64,000 nt of DNA from Candidatus Poribacteria bacterium (GTDB taxonomy: Bacteria > Poribacteria > WGA-4E > PCPOR2b), in contig OZ242351.1 in NCBI GenBank assembly GCA_965208675.1, forward strand, positions 704,001-768,000, given 5' to 3'. The notes under the pieces were generated by a model that was given only the letters and a program-made list of their open reading frames with translations, was not told the origin of the DNA and ran no database searches. The position numbers and the translations under genes were made by a program. The stretch's first letter is position 1. Every line of letters starts with the position of its first letter. This document shows positions 53,168-62,077 of this stretch, one piece after another.

Positions 53168-54285
53168 ACAGGCTAAATTTTCGCACCTACGCAATGGTGA
53201 TTGCACTCACCTGTATTTGGGCGATTTTCACCGCAATAACCGACGGAACATTCCTCACGAACCGAAACCTCTCGAACCTTTCCCGGCAGGCGTCGGTGAC
53301 TGCTATTTTAGCTGTCGGAATGGTGTTCGTCATTGTCTCCGCAAATATCGATCTCTCAGTCGGCTATGGCTCCGGACTGCTTGGAGCAATTGCCGTGATC
53401 ATACATGTTTGGTGGGAACAAAACCCGATAGTTGCAATCCTTGCAACTATCGCACTAGGGATACTGATTGGCGCGGTGCAGGGATATTTCGTAGCGTATC
53501 AGCGGGTACCCGCCTTTATTGTCACACTTGGGGGTTTTATGGTCTGCCGCGGCCTGATGTTGGCAGCCACAAGAGGCGAAACTATCCTACTTCCAAACAA
53601 TTGGTTCAAAGCGATAGGAAATGCCTACCTGCCAAAATCGTTCGGTTGGGGCTTAGCAATTACCGCGCTGATTTCGGGCGCATATGCCTTCTGTCGCCAG
53701 CGGAAAGCCCGTGTAAGTTACGGGTTGGCGGTGCCTTCGACCACAATATTTTTTGTGAAAATTGTCGCAACATCGACGACAATTATCGGATTTGCCGCCG
53801 TCATGAACAGCCATGAAGGCATTGCGGTTCCGGTTTGTATTTTGTTCATGTTAGTCTTCTTTTTTCACTTTATTGCAAGCCACACTCGTTTTGGGCGGTA
53901 TGTTTACGCTATCGGCGGAAATTCGGAAGCCGCTTATCTCTCAGGGATCAACGTCCGAAACGTCACGCTGCGCGTCTTTGCAATCATGGGTGCTCTCACG
54001 GCGGTCGCCGGCGTTGTGCTGGCTGCACGTGTCGGCAGCGCAAGCCCTGAAGCAGGCCGCTTACTTGAGTTAGATGCAATCGCCGCTTGTGTTATCGGCG
54101 GCGCAAGTTTAATGGGCGGGCGCGGCAGCATTCCGGGCGCGGTATTAGGAGCGCTCGTGATGGAAAGCCTTAATAACGGCATGAGCATGGCAAACATGGA
54201 TGCCTCATGGCAAGATATAATCAAGGGGGTCGTATTAGTAGCAGCCGTTTGGTTTGACATTATGTCACGGCGGCGAGGCAGGTGA
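53164..54285 (+). CDS. Sugar ABC transporter permease (XylH-like)
   Basis: IDLSVG, PAFIVTL, GRYVYAIGGN, ELDAIAACVIGG. Confidence 0.92.
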   Translation: MNRLNFRTYAMVIALTCIWAIFTAITDGTFLTNRNLSNLSRQASVTAILAVGMVFVIVSANIDLSVGYGSGLLGAIAVIIHVWWEQNPIVAILATIALGILIGAVQGYFVAYQRVPAFIVTLGGFMVCRGLMLAATRGETILLPNNWFKAIGNAYLPKSFGWGLAITALISGAYAFCRQRKARVSYGLAVPSTTIFFVKIVATSTTIIGFAAVMNSHEGIAVPVCILFMLVFFFHFIASHTRFGRYVYAIGGNSEAAYLSGINVRNVTLRVFAIMGALTAVAGVVLAARVGSASPEAGRLLELDAIAACVIGGASLMGGRGSIPGAVLGALVMESLNNGMSMANMDASWQDIIKGVVLVAAVWFDIMSRRRGR

Positions 54286-54331
54286 GGACGCAAAATTTGA
54301 CTCTTACAGAAACTGAAAAATGGAGGAAGCT

Positions 54332-54673
54332 ATGACGGTGAATTGGATGTACTTTAGAAATAGCTGAACATCTTGCCGTAAAGCGCAAGAGTTTCTTGAC
54401 GCAAATGATTTTCAAGTAGAAAGCCAAACGGATGCCCGTAAGGTAAAGATGTATCCAAAGGAAGTTTGGGAGCGAATCAGAACTGCCCAATCCATCCACG
54501 TTGCGCGGGGCAAGGAGGTTGATGTTTTCAATCCTGATGTCAGCTTGCGAGATGACATTCTCAAAGCGGTAATGGGACGAAGTGGAAACTTGCGTGCACC
54601 CACACTTCAAATCGGGGAGTCGTTTTTCGTCGGATTTAATGCGAAACTGTACGACGCTATTCTAACGCAATGA
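54332..54673 (+). CDS. ArsC/thioredoxin-fold selenoprotein with UxxC (113 aa)
   Basis: GGAGG then ATG 54332: MTVNWMYFRNS-TGA-TSCRKAQEFL, in frame with ORF 54449-54673 (GRSGNLRAPT...VGFN). Confidence 0.85.
54369..54407 (+). promoter_or_regulatory. Candidate bacterial SECIS element
   Basis: GCG-CAAGA-GTT-TCTTG-A-CGC hairpin at 54383-54402 with a G-first loop 23 nt after the TGA. Confidence 0.6.
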
Positions 54674-54829
54674 GCACCGCGTGACGCGGACACACAGCAG
54701 AGATAGCTGTCGAAAACATTAAGTGGGCCTGAAACGATGTAATCATCGGTCCTCCTAGAATGCAGGAAATTTTATGATAAAAAACCCCGGTTACGGTGTC
54801 TTTAAAAGAAAAGCAGGAAAGTATCCACC

Positions 54830-56590
54830 ATGCAGATTGAGCGTTCCGATGAAATTAGCCTTATCCGACAGACGCTGAACGGCAAGACATCAGCATTTAA
54901 TCTGTTGGTCAAGATGCACTACGCCACAGTCGATGCGCTGGTTCTTCCGTATACCAAAAATCCGGTTGACGCGGAAGATCTTACCCAACAGATATTTATT
55001 CGCGCGTACGAGCGGCTAGCAACTTTGCGTGAGCTGGATCGCTTTCTACCATGGCTTCAACGGATTTCACACAACACCTGCAAGAATTGGCTACGGCAGC
55101 AGAGCGGGGGGACAATCGGTTTTGAGGCGGTGAACGATGCGGATTTCACGAAAACCGCTCCATCTCCTGAAGACATTGCGCTGAGGGCTGAAATCAAAGC
55201 TTTAGTGCGAGAAGCAATCGGTGGTCTACAAGAAACGGACCGCAAGTTGATGGAAGCCCGCTACATTGATGGAGCGAGCTATAGCGAGATGCAAGTCGAA
55301 TCCGGTTTGTCGTATGCGGCTATTGTCAATCGGCTCAAGCGTGCGAAAAAGAAGGTTCGCGGCCAAATCGAAAAATTGTTGGGCGGTATAGCGATATTGC
55401 CGAGTCGCACCATAATCTTAGGAGGTACAGAATCCGTGAAATTATCAGTGAAAGCTAAACTCGCTACGGTCGGAGTCGCCGCAGTTGTCGGTATTGGCGG
55501 GGGTAGTGTGTTGTATCACCGCTCATTTCAATTGCAGCCTGTTATTGGAAACAATCAAAAGGTTTCAGAAGTGCAAACTGCCATAGGGGATTCACCAGCT
55601 TACAGTGCGCATCCGACAGATGCCAAATCGGGCAACAACTCCCCAACGAACGCGGAATCCATATCTAAATTAGGTGAATCAGATCGTTTTGAAATTTCGA
55701 CAGATGACGGTGTTGAGATTATTGACATCAAAGAGGCGGGGGATTTAGAACTGCCAGAAGAAATAAAGGAACTCCTTCAAACCCGTGCGAAGAATGGTGC
55801 CGATGGCAAGGTTTTCGCTGCGTTTACGACCGTTTTCAGCGGAGAGTTGACGGAAGAGATGCTTGAGAATTTACCGGAGGCGATTGGTCAGGCGATAAAA
55901 AGGGTACAAATTGCCAATGCTAATATGAATACCCGTGTGTTGGTGATTAAGGACGACCAGCACAAATTGATGGCAGAAACTGAAGAACTACCGGAGGAAA
56001 TAAAGCAGAAAATCGCACGAGGGGAATTTGTTACATGGATTGGAAGTGGTCAGGAAATGCCGGATGAGATTCGCCAAGCGATTGAAGGGGCGATAGAAGG
56101 GTTAGCAAAAACGAATACCCGCGTGATCAAGACTCAGAAACCGGCGGAGGAGCCAAAGCAAAATACTTCTAACGCAGACATTCAGCATCTACCCGCCTCA
56201 GTGAACACACTACTAAAATCAACCGAATCACGACCACAGCCCACTCATTCTGGTCACCGAGTTGAATCCCAGACCGTCCCTTCTAAACCTTCGGGACACA
56301 CTGCCCCACTTTCTGATGAAGAGTGGATTGAATTTGAGAAACTGTTGAGCGAATTCTCAGATGAGGATTGGGCGGAGTTTGAAAAACTGCTAGGAATCGC
56401 CACGGAAGGAGATACACGTCATCGGGATAAGCAGGAGCCGCTTGATACTGATCAGCGACATCAGATTGAAAAATCGCTTGAAGAACCGCCCATTGACCCG
56501 TCCGAACGGCAAGAGATGCGGCGGCGACAGCGTCTCCCTCTTGAACCCAACATTGATTCGCTGTCCTCACGCCAAGAACGAAGATGGTAA
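54830..56590 (+). CDS. ECF sigma factor with TM segment and long C-terminal extension
   Basis: Region 2 DAEDLTQQIFIRAY...WLQRI; region 4 SYSEM...VNRLKRAKKK; hydrophobic segment near aa 210-230. Confidence 0.88.
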   Translation: MQIERSDEISLIRQTLNGKTSAFNLLVKMHYATVDALVLPYTKNPVDAEDLTQQIFIRAYERLATLRELDRFLPWLQRISHNTCKNWLRQQSGGTIGFEAVNDADFTKTAPSPEDIALRAEIKALVREAIGGLQETDRKLMEARYIDGASYSEMQVESGLSYAAIVNRLKRAKKKVRGQIEKLLGGIAILPSRTIILGGTESVKLSVKAKLATVGVAAVVGIGGGSVLYHRSFQLQPVIGNNQKVSEVQTAIGDSPAYSAHPTDAKSGNNSPTNAESISKLGESDRFEISTDDGVEIIDIKEAGDLELPEEIKELLQTRAKNGADGKVFAAFTTVFSGELTEEMLENLPEAIGQAIKRVQIANANMNTRVLVIKDDQHKLMAETEELPEEIKQKIARGEFVTWIGSGQEMPDEIRQAIEGAIEGLAKTNTRVIKTQKPAEEPKQNTSNADIQHLPASVNTLLKSTESRPQPTHSGHRVESQTVPSKPSGHTAPLSDEEWIEFEKLLSEFSDEDWAEFEKLLGIATEGDTRHRDKQEPLDTDQRHQIEKSLEEPPIDPSERQEMRRRQRLPLEPNIDSLSSRQERRW

Positions 56591-56663
56591 CAGGACACGA
56601 TAATCCCATCTCACGAATCCCAATGATCGCACACTTGGACGTGCACGTACGAAGTTGAACAGA

Positions 56664-59489
56664 TTATCGCCGTTTCCAAATCGCCACAGTTCCAAGCTGA
56701 ATATCTTCGATATAATGTATTTGAAGATAAGCAGCGACTAATGGAAGCACGGCGGAAATCCTCTCTCGGTATATAACTATTTTTGGCTTCGACGCCTCCA
56801 AGTTCGCAATCACCTCTTTCTGCAGCGGCTCCGGTTTAGCATAGGCGATTTGAGGGAACCTTGTTGGATTAGGTCTGTTTGCAAGGAAATAGTTCATGCC
56901 TTGATTAGCGAAATCGAAGATCGTGTCAGAAGAATCCGTGTTTTCTTGGATATAATTGACCACCTGTTCAATCTGCGCCGCCTCGTTCACTGGCGTCAAA
57001 ACCCGCCCGGCCCGCTTTAAGCGTACCTCGGCATATCCCCCTGGGATTCTTCCATAATTCGTAAAATTAACAAGCATCTTATCAGCCTGCTTCAACGGCT
57101 TGGCGGCGAATACCCCATACAGGTCCGTTCTGACATACCAAAGCAAGCCCACCACAAAAATCAAAGAACAAATTAACAGCGGTAGATTAATTCGGGACAT
57201 TTGCACGCTGCGGACTGTAGGCGGCGACGCATCACGACATTCACCATGCTCCGCCGCCAATTTAGCATCGTTGAATGTATCGGCTCTCGCCAGTTCTTCA
57301 CTCGTTTTTAACTGGGGTGTATTCTCCGAAGATCCACGCGACCTAAACGCCAGGCACACTCCTTCAAAGAAAAAGAAGCAGATTAGCCAGATATAAGAAG
57401 AGCTAAATAAAACATGGTGCCAGTCCGAACGACCTAAAGCTGTTCTGAAATAAATGATACCCGCCAACAGAATTATCAGCAACTTCCAATCCTCCACTTT
57501 CCATTGATTGGCAACCGCGCGAAACATCAGAAAGGTTAAAGTCATCAAGTAAACGAGGATGGGGAAATACCACATAAATGTCTTGTTTAAAATAAAGTCC
57601 GAGAATGTGACGAGAGAGGTAATCTTTGATAGTTCTGCCAACAGCGGGATGAAGGGCGTTGCCCAAATTTCCGTGTGATACGTGAATTGTGTCCATGAGC
57701 TTTCAACCGCATCATCTATCGCACCGAGGACGCCAAAAAAGATAAGGAAAGGGGCAAATCCTATTATGACCCCTAACTTATACGTTAGAAGCGGCGACAG
57801 ACACTTGCCCAATGCGCCATCCCTCACCTGCTGTATTAGGTCTTTTGAAGAACTAGGATTCGCCGCGGCTGCATCATTTTTAACCGATCTGCGAAAGATG
57901 GAGGCGAAACCGAATACAAATAAGAACAAGCTAGAGGCTGCCCAAGTATACAATCCGGTGTCAAGACTGTAAAACACTGCCAATGTTGTACAAACTCCTG
58001 CCACTGCGAGAAGCGATTTTCCATGTCCGGGACCTCTTTGAGTCCATTTGCATAACAACATCAGCGTAAGAAACCCCAGTATATGCCGATCTGTCACCGG
58101 AAGGTACGCTCGCGGTGCTGCCAATCCAAACGTCAGCAAAATTAAAGCCAAAGAAACAAAGAGAGCCGTAGCTCTTCTTCGAAAACACTGCAACGCGAGA
58201 AGATAAAAACAGACATATCCCAGCGGATACACAATATGGTGCAGTTTTCTATCCGCCTCTAGCGTTTCTCCAAAAAGTTTCATGGCGAGCCAGGGTTTGT
58301 ATGCGTTTTGAATAAGGCCGTGCTGTAGGTAGACATCTCGATAGGGAATGCCCCCTCGCAGCAGTTCGTTTACTACGGCAGCACGTTCGCCTTCGTGATA
58401 AAGGTCAATACCGCCCACGGCGCTCGCACCGGAATAAGCATGGCTAAGACTGGCATTGCTATTATACATAAAGGCGTAGATGAGAGCGGACAACATGATA
58501 ATGTTTAGGATAGACACTCTCCGCTGCAAAGCCGTGCGGTAAGGCCGGATGGCGGGGATTTGCTGCTTAACAATTCTTCGGGACGAACGGAGGTTTAGCA
58601 AGGTAGAAATTTTCAAAGCGGCAATTGCTATGACAGTGACAATTGCCAAGATTGCCGCCGCATGCTTCACCCTGAAAAACACCGTGAGCAACAACAGCAG
58701 GATTGTCGGGAAATAAGTCACAGAATCATTTCGTACTATATCAGCGAAACTATACGGTGTTAATTTTCTCAGCAGTATCGAATATCCAACCCAGAATCCC
58801 CAGGTTCCCAGTATAATAACAAAGAGCATTTGCCAACACGCTATTGCTGCGACCTCTTTCGGACTTCCAATAATCAGAAGACAAACAGTCAGGCAAACGC
58901 CGCAGGCAATCGGTATTCCATGGAATGGCATTGTCTCCCTTGCCCAAAGAATTTCTCCAATTTTTGGCTCTCCTTCCAAGCGCGTCTCGTCCTCGCGTGT
59001 TTCCAGTTTTTCACGCCAACGCCTTTTCGAGATCATCAGGTGGAATGAAAAAAACAACACTTGGGCAATTATGAACAGAATCGCCGGCATCCCGAATTCT
59101 CCAGCAAATCTGCCAGGAAGGTGTACTCGCTCCAACACTAACAGGAGAAGTAGATATGTGAGCGCATTTTGCCGCAAGATGCGCTCTTTGGCGTTGTTAG
59201 TCAATGTAGCGCAAAGCGCCGAAAACGTCACCCATAACCCGCAACTCATCAGGGTATAAACCGGCACAAAGGCGAGTGCAGCTAAATAATTTACAATCTC
59301 TTGACGCTCGGCAACAGTACGTTTGCCAAGTTGATCTGACCCAAATTCAGTAAAAAAATGGAGGTGTTCCTTGAAATAAAAACCCAATGCCAGTGCGAAA
59401 ACAAAGCTGCTTCCGGAAACTATCACCGCAAAGGCTTGGTTTCTATGTTGGCGTGCGAGGTTGAAGGTTTCGCGAATAGCGTCACGCAT
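56664..59489 (-). CDS. Large multi-pass membrane protein, possibly a GT-C glycosyltransferase
   Basis: Many TM helices; DLYHEGE...GGIPYRDVYLQHG loop, RSDWHH, soluble C-terminal domain; start uncertain. Confidence 0.65.
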   Translation of the reverse strand: MRDAIRETFNLARQHRNQAFAVIVSGSSFVFALALGFYFKEHLHFFTEFGSDQLGKRTVAERQEIVNYLAALAFVPVYTLMSCGLWVTFSALCATLTNNAKERILRQNALTYLLLLLVLERVHLPGRFAGEFGMPAILFIIAQVLFFSFHLMISKRRWREKLETREDETRLEGEPKIGEILWARETMPFHGIPIACGVCLTVCLLIIGSPKEVAAIACWQMLFVIILGTWGFWVGYSILLRKLTPYSFADIVRNDSVTYFPTILLLLLTVFFRVKHAAAILAIVTVIAIAALKISTLLNLRSSRRIVKQQIPAIRPYRTALQRRVSILNIIMLSALIYAFMYNSNASLSHAYSGASAVGGIDLYHEGERAAVVNELLRGGIPYRDVYLQHGLIQNAYKPWLAMKLFGETLEADRKLHHIVYPLGYVCFYLLALQCFRRRATALFVSLALILLTFGLAAPRAYLPVTDRHILGFLTLMLLCKWTQRGPGHGKSLLAVAGVCTTLAVFYSLDTGLYTWAASSLFLFVFGFASIFRRSVKNDAAAANPSSSKDLIQQVRDGALGKCLSPLLTYKLGVIIGFAPFLIFFGVLGAIDDAVESSWTQFTYHTEIWATPFIPLLAELSKITSLVTFSDFILNKTFMWYFPILVYLMTLTFLMFRAVANQWKVEDWKLLIILLAGIIYFRTALGRSDWHHVLFSSSYIWLICFFFFEGVCLAFRSRGSSENTPQLKTSEELARADTFNDAKLAAEHGECRDASPPTVRSVQMSRINLPLLICSLIFVVGLLWYVRTDLYGVFAAKPLKQADKMLVNFTNYGRIPGGYAEVRLKRAGRVLTPVNEAAQIEQVVNYIQENTDSSDTIFDFANQGMNYFLANRPNPTRFPQIAYAKPEPLQKEVIANLEASKPKIVIYRERISAVLPLVAAYLQIHYIEDIQLGTVAIWKRR

Positions 59490-59705
59490 AGCAAGATGCT
59501 CCAATCGAAGAAAGCCCCAGCTCGTCCTGATGGACGCCCACATATAATCTGTATGTAGAGTCATGCCTCCTGACGGTTCAGAAAGGACTATCGTGGTTTC
59601 ATTTGGCGAGTCAAAGGGAATAAGACGCGGATGCAGTGCTTTTTGATGTCGATGGCACCCGCACAAAGGCGGGGTGAAGGCTGGGTGCCAAATTCTACGA
59701 ACCGT

Positions 59706-60668
59706 TTAAGGAATCAAAGCAATATTACCGTATGCGGGCGACTGCATTACGCGGTGATGTGCGTCGGCGGCTTCAGCAAGCGGAATTTCTTTGCCAACTC
59801 TCGGACGGAGTGTACCATTACTCAAGCCAGCGACCAGATAAGCGTGAATGCTGGCAAATTCACATGCCGATGCATTTCTCAACGACATCCCTACGATACT
59901 CGCATCGCGGCTCATCGTGTCACGGGCGTTGATTTCCACAGCATCTCGGCTGCCGATTATGACAACTCGTCCGCCCATCGCAAGCGCAGGTAGATCGTTG
60001 CCAAGGTTGACGTTTGCGAGCATTTCGAGGATGACATCTACGCCCTGTCCATTGGTGATTTCAATGGCTTGGTCGAGATGATTTGGCGCGTGGTGATCCA
60101 ATACATAATTCGCACCGTGTTCGGCAACCAAAGACCGCCCGGCTTCAGAACCTACTGTGCCAATGACTGTTATTCCGCCAGCCCGGGCTAACTCGACCGC
60201 AGCAAGACCGACACCGCCGCTTGCACCATGGACCAAAACAACTTCTCCCGGTATTACCCGTGCACGTTGAAACAGAGCGCGATACGCTGTACCGTATGGC
60301 ACGCCCACGCTCGCACCTTGAGAAAACGACACAGATTCGGGGAGCGGATGAACGTCGGCTGTTTGGCAAACGGTTCGTTCTGCATAACCGCCGGTGATTG
60401 TGCCGGCACTGTACACTCGATCTCCCACCGACACATTCGCCACGCCATCCCCAACTGACTCAACGATACCAGCAGCGTCAATTCCGGGTGTGTAAGGGAG
60501 GTCGGCTGTATAACCGTGAAGCCCGGACCGAATGTATGTATCTACGGGATTGACGCCAGCGGCATATACCTGAATTACGACTTCTTCAGCACCGGGATGC
60601 GGGTCTGGTATGTCTTCTAAGATCATTACTTCCGGTGAGCCGTGCTCGTGTACTCTAATTGATTTCAT
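59706..60668 (-). CDS. NADPH:quinone reductase (zeta-crystallin/MDR)
   Basis: GVNPVD, GGYAE, HGASGGVG. Confidence 0.93.
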   Translation of the reverse strand: MKSIRVHEHGSPEVMILEDIPDPHPGAEEVVIQVYAAGVNPVDTYIRSGLHGYTADLPYTPGIDAAGIVESVGDGVANVSVGDRVYSAGTITGGYAERTVCQTADVHPLPESVSFSQGASVGVPYGTAYRALFQRARVIPGEVVLVHGASGGVGLAAVELARAGGITVIGTVGSEAGRSLVAEHGANYVLDHHAPNHLDQAIEITNGQGVDVILEMLANVNLGNDLPALAMGGRVVIIGSRDAVEINARDTMSRDASIVGMSLRNASACEFASIHAYLVAGLSNGTLRPRVGKEIPLAEAADAHHRVMQSPAYGNIALIP

Positions 60669-60718
60669 AATTTCTTCCTCCTATTCTTTGGGCGGTTAAA
60701 CATTCCGAAAATAATGGT

Positions 60719-62050
60719 TCATTCAACGTCTTTTGCGTTCGAGGACCGGTAATTAATTCGCAAGGGTGTCCCGTTAAAGCCGAATGCCTTGCGGATACCA
60801 TTAATCAGATATGCTTCGTAGTGGTCAGGGATTTTTTTGGAGTGTCGAGCAAAAATCAGAAATGTCGGCGGTTTCGTTTTTATCTGCGTAATGTACTTCA
60901 ATGCGGGCCGTATTTTTCCAGCCCGCGGCGGTTGATGTTCATTCTTTAATCTCATCAACAAGTCGTTTAACTCATGTGTTGGCACCTCTGTGCAATACTC
61001 GTAATTTATGTCTAGACTGAGATTGAGTAGATTCGTTACGCGTTGACCTGTAATTGCGGAAACAAAAAGTAACGGCACATAAGAGAGTTGGGATAGCTGT
61101 GAGTAAATTGACTCGACAAATTCGTTGTGGGTTGAGTTGTCTTTCTCGATTAAATCCCATTTGTTGATAACCAAAATACACGCCTTTCCCTGTCGGGCGA
61201 TGTAACTAGCGATTGTTTTATCTTGACGCGCGATTTTACGATTGGCGTCCACAACCAACCACGAGATGTCACTCTGGCGAATACTGCGAATTGCTCGTTG
61301 AACGGTCGATTGCTCCAAATCGTCGCCAATAGTAGATTTCCGCCGCATCCCGGCTGTGTCAATCAGTTCAAAGGCGACATGGTTGTGCACAAAACTGATG
61401 TTGACCGCGTCGTGTGTAGTACCGGGACGTTCATCAACAATCATCCGCTCTTCCCCTAGAATTCTGTTAATTAGCGAGGATTTACCCACATTAGGGCGGC
61501 CTACGATGGCAACTTTTATAGCCTTTGAAGAGACCGTAGTATCTACGTCAGCCACCGGAAGCGCAAATACAACTCTATCAAGGAGATGACTGAGACCGTC
61601 ATTTTGCGTACATGATACGAAGAAATGGTTGTCGAATCCCAGCTCATAAAACTCTACCGCATTGGCTCTGAGTCGTTCATTATCGACTTTGTTCACAACG
61701 ACGAAAACCGCTTTCTCCGTTTGCCTGAGCGCGTTCGCAATATCCAGGTCCTGCGGCAACATCCCCGTCATCGCATCAACCACAAACAGAATGATTTTCG
61801 CTTCATTTAAAGCGACTTCTACCTGCACCTTAACCTTATCAATTAACGAATCTTCGGGAGCAAGCTCTAATCCGCCAGTATCTGCGATCGTGAAACATTT
61901 CTCCATCCATTCGACATCCGCATAGAGTCGATCTCTAGTCACGCCCGGCCGATCATGGATAACAGCAATCATTTTTTTGGCAATCCGATTAAAAAGTGAA
62001 GATTTCCCAACGTTTGGTCTGCCGACGATTGCAACAATGGGTTTTGGCAT
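60719..62050 (-). CDS. der: Ribosome biogenesis GTPase Der
   Basis: Two GRPNVGKSS domains, DTGG/DTAG, NKVD/NKWD, KH-like tail. Confidence 0.97.
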   Translation of the reverse strand: MPKPIVAIVGRPNVGKSSLFNRIAKKMIAVIHDRPGVTRDRLYADVEWMEKCFTIADTGGLELAPEDSLIDKVKVQVEVALNEAKIILFVVDAMTGMLPQDLDIANALRQTEKAVFVVVNKVDNERLRANAVEFYELGFDNHFFVSCTQNDGLSHLLDRVVFALPVADVDTTVSSKAIKVAIVGRPNVGKSSLINRILGEERMIVDERPGTTHDAVNISFVHNHVAFELIDTAGMRRKSTIGDDLEQSTVQRAIRSIRQSDISWLVVDANRKIARQDKTIASYIARQGKACILVINKWDLIEKDNSTHNEFVESIYSQLSQLSYVPLLFVSAITGQRVTNLLNLSLDINYEYCTEVPTHELNDLLMRLKNEHQPPRAGKIRPALKYITQIKTKPPTFLIFARHSKKIPDHYEAYLINGIRKAFGFNGTPLRINYRSSNAKDVE

Positions 62051-62077
62051 GATTACCGTCCCTTTTTGAATGCAAGC

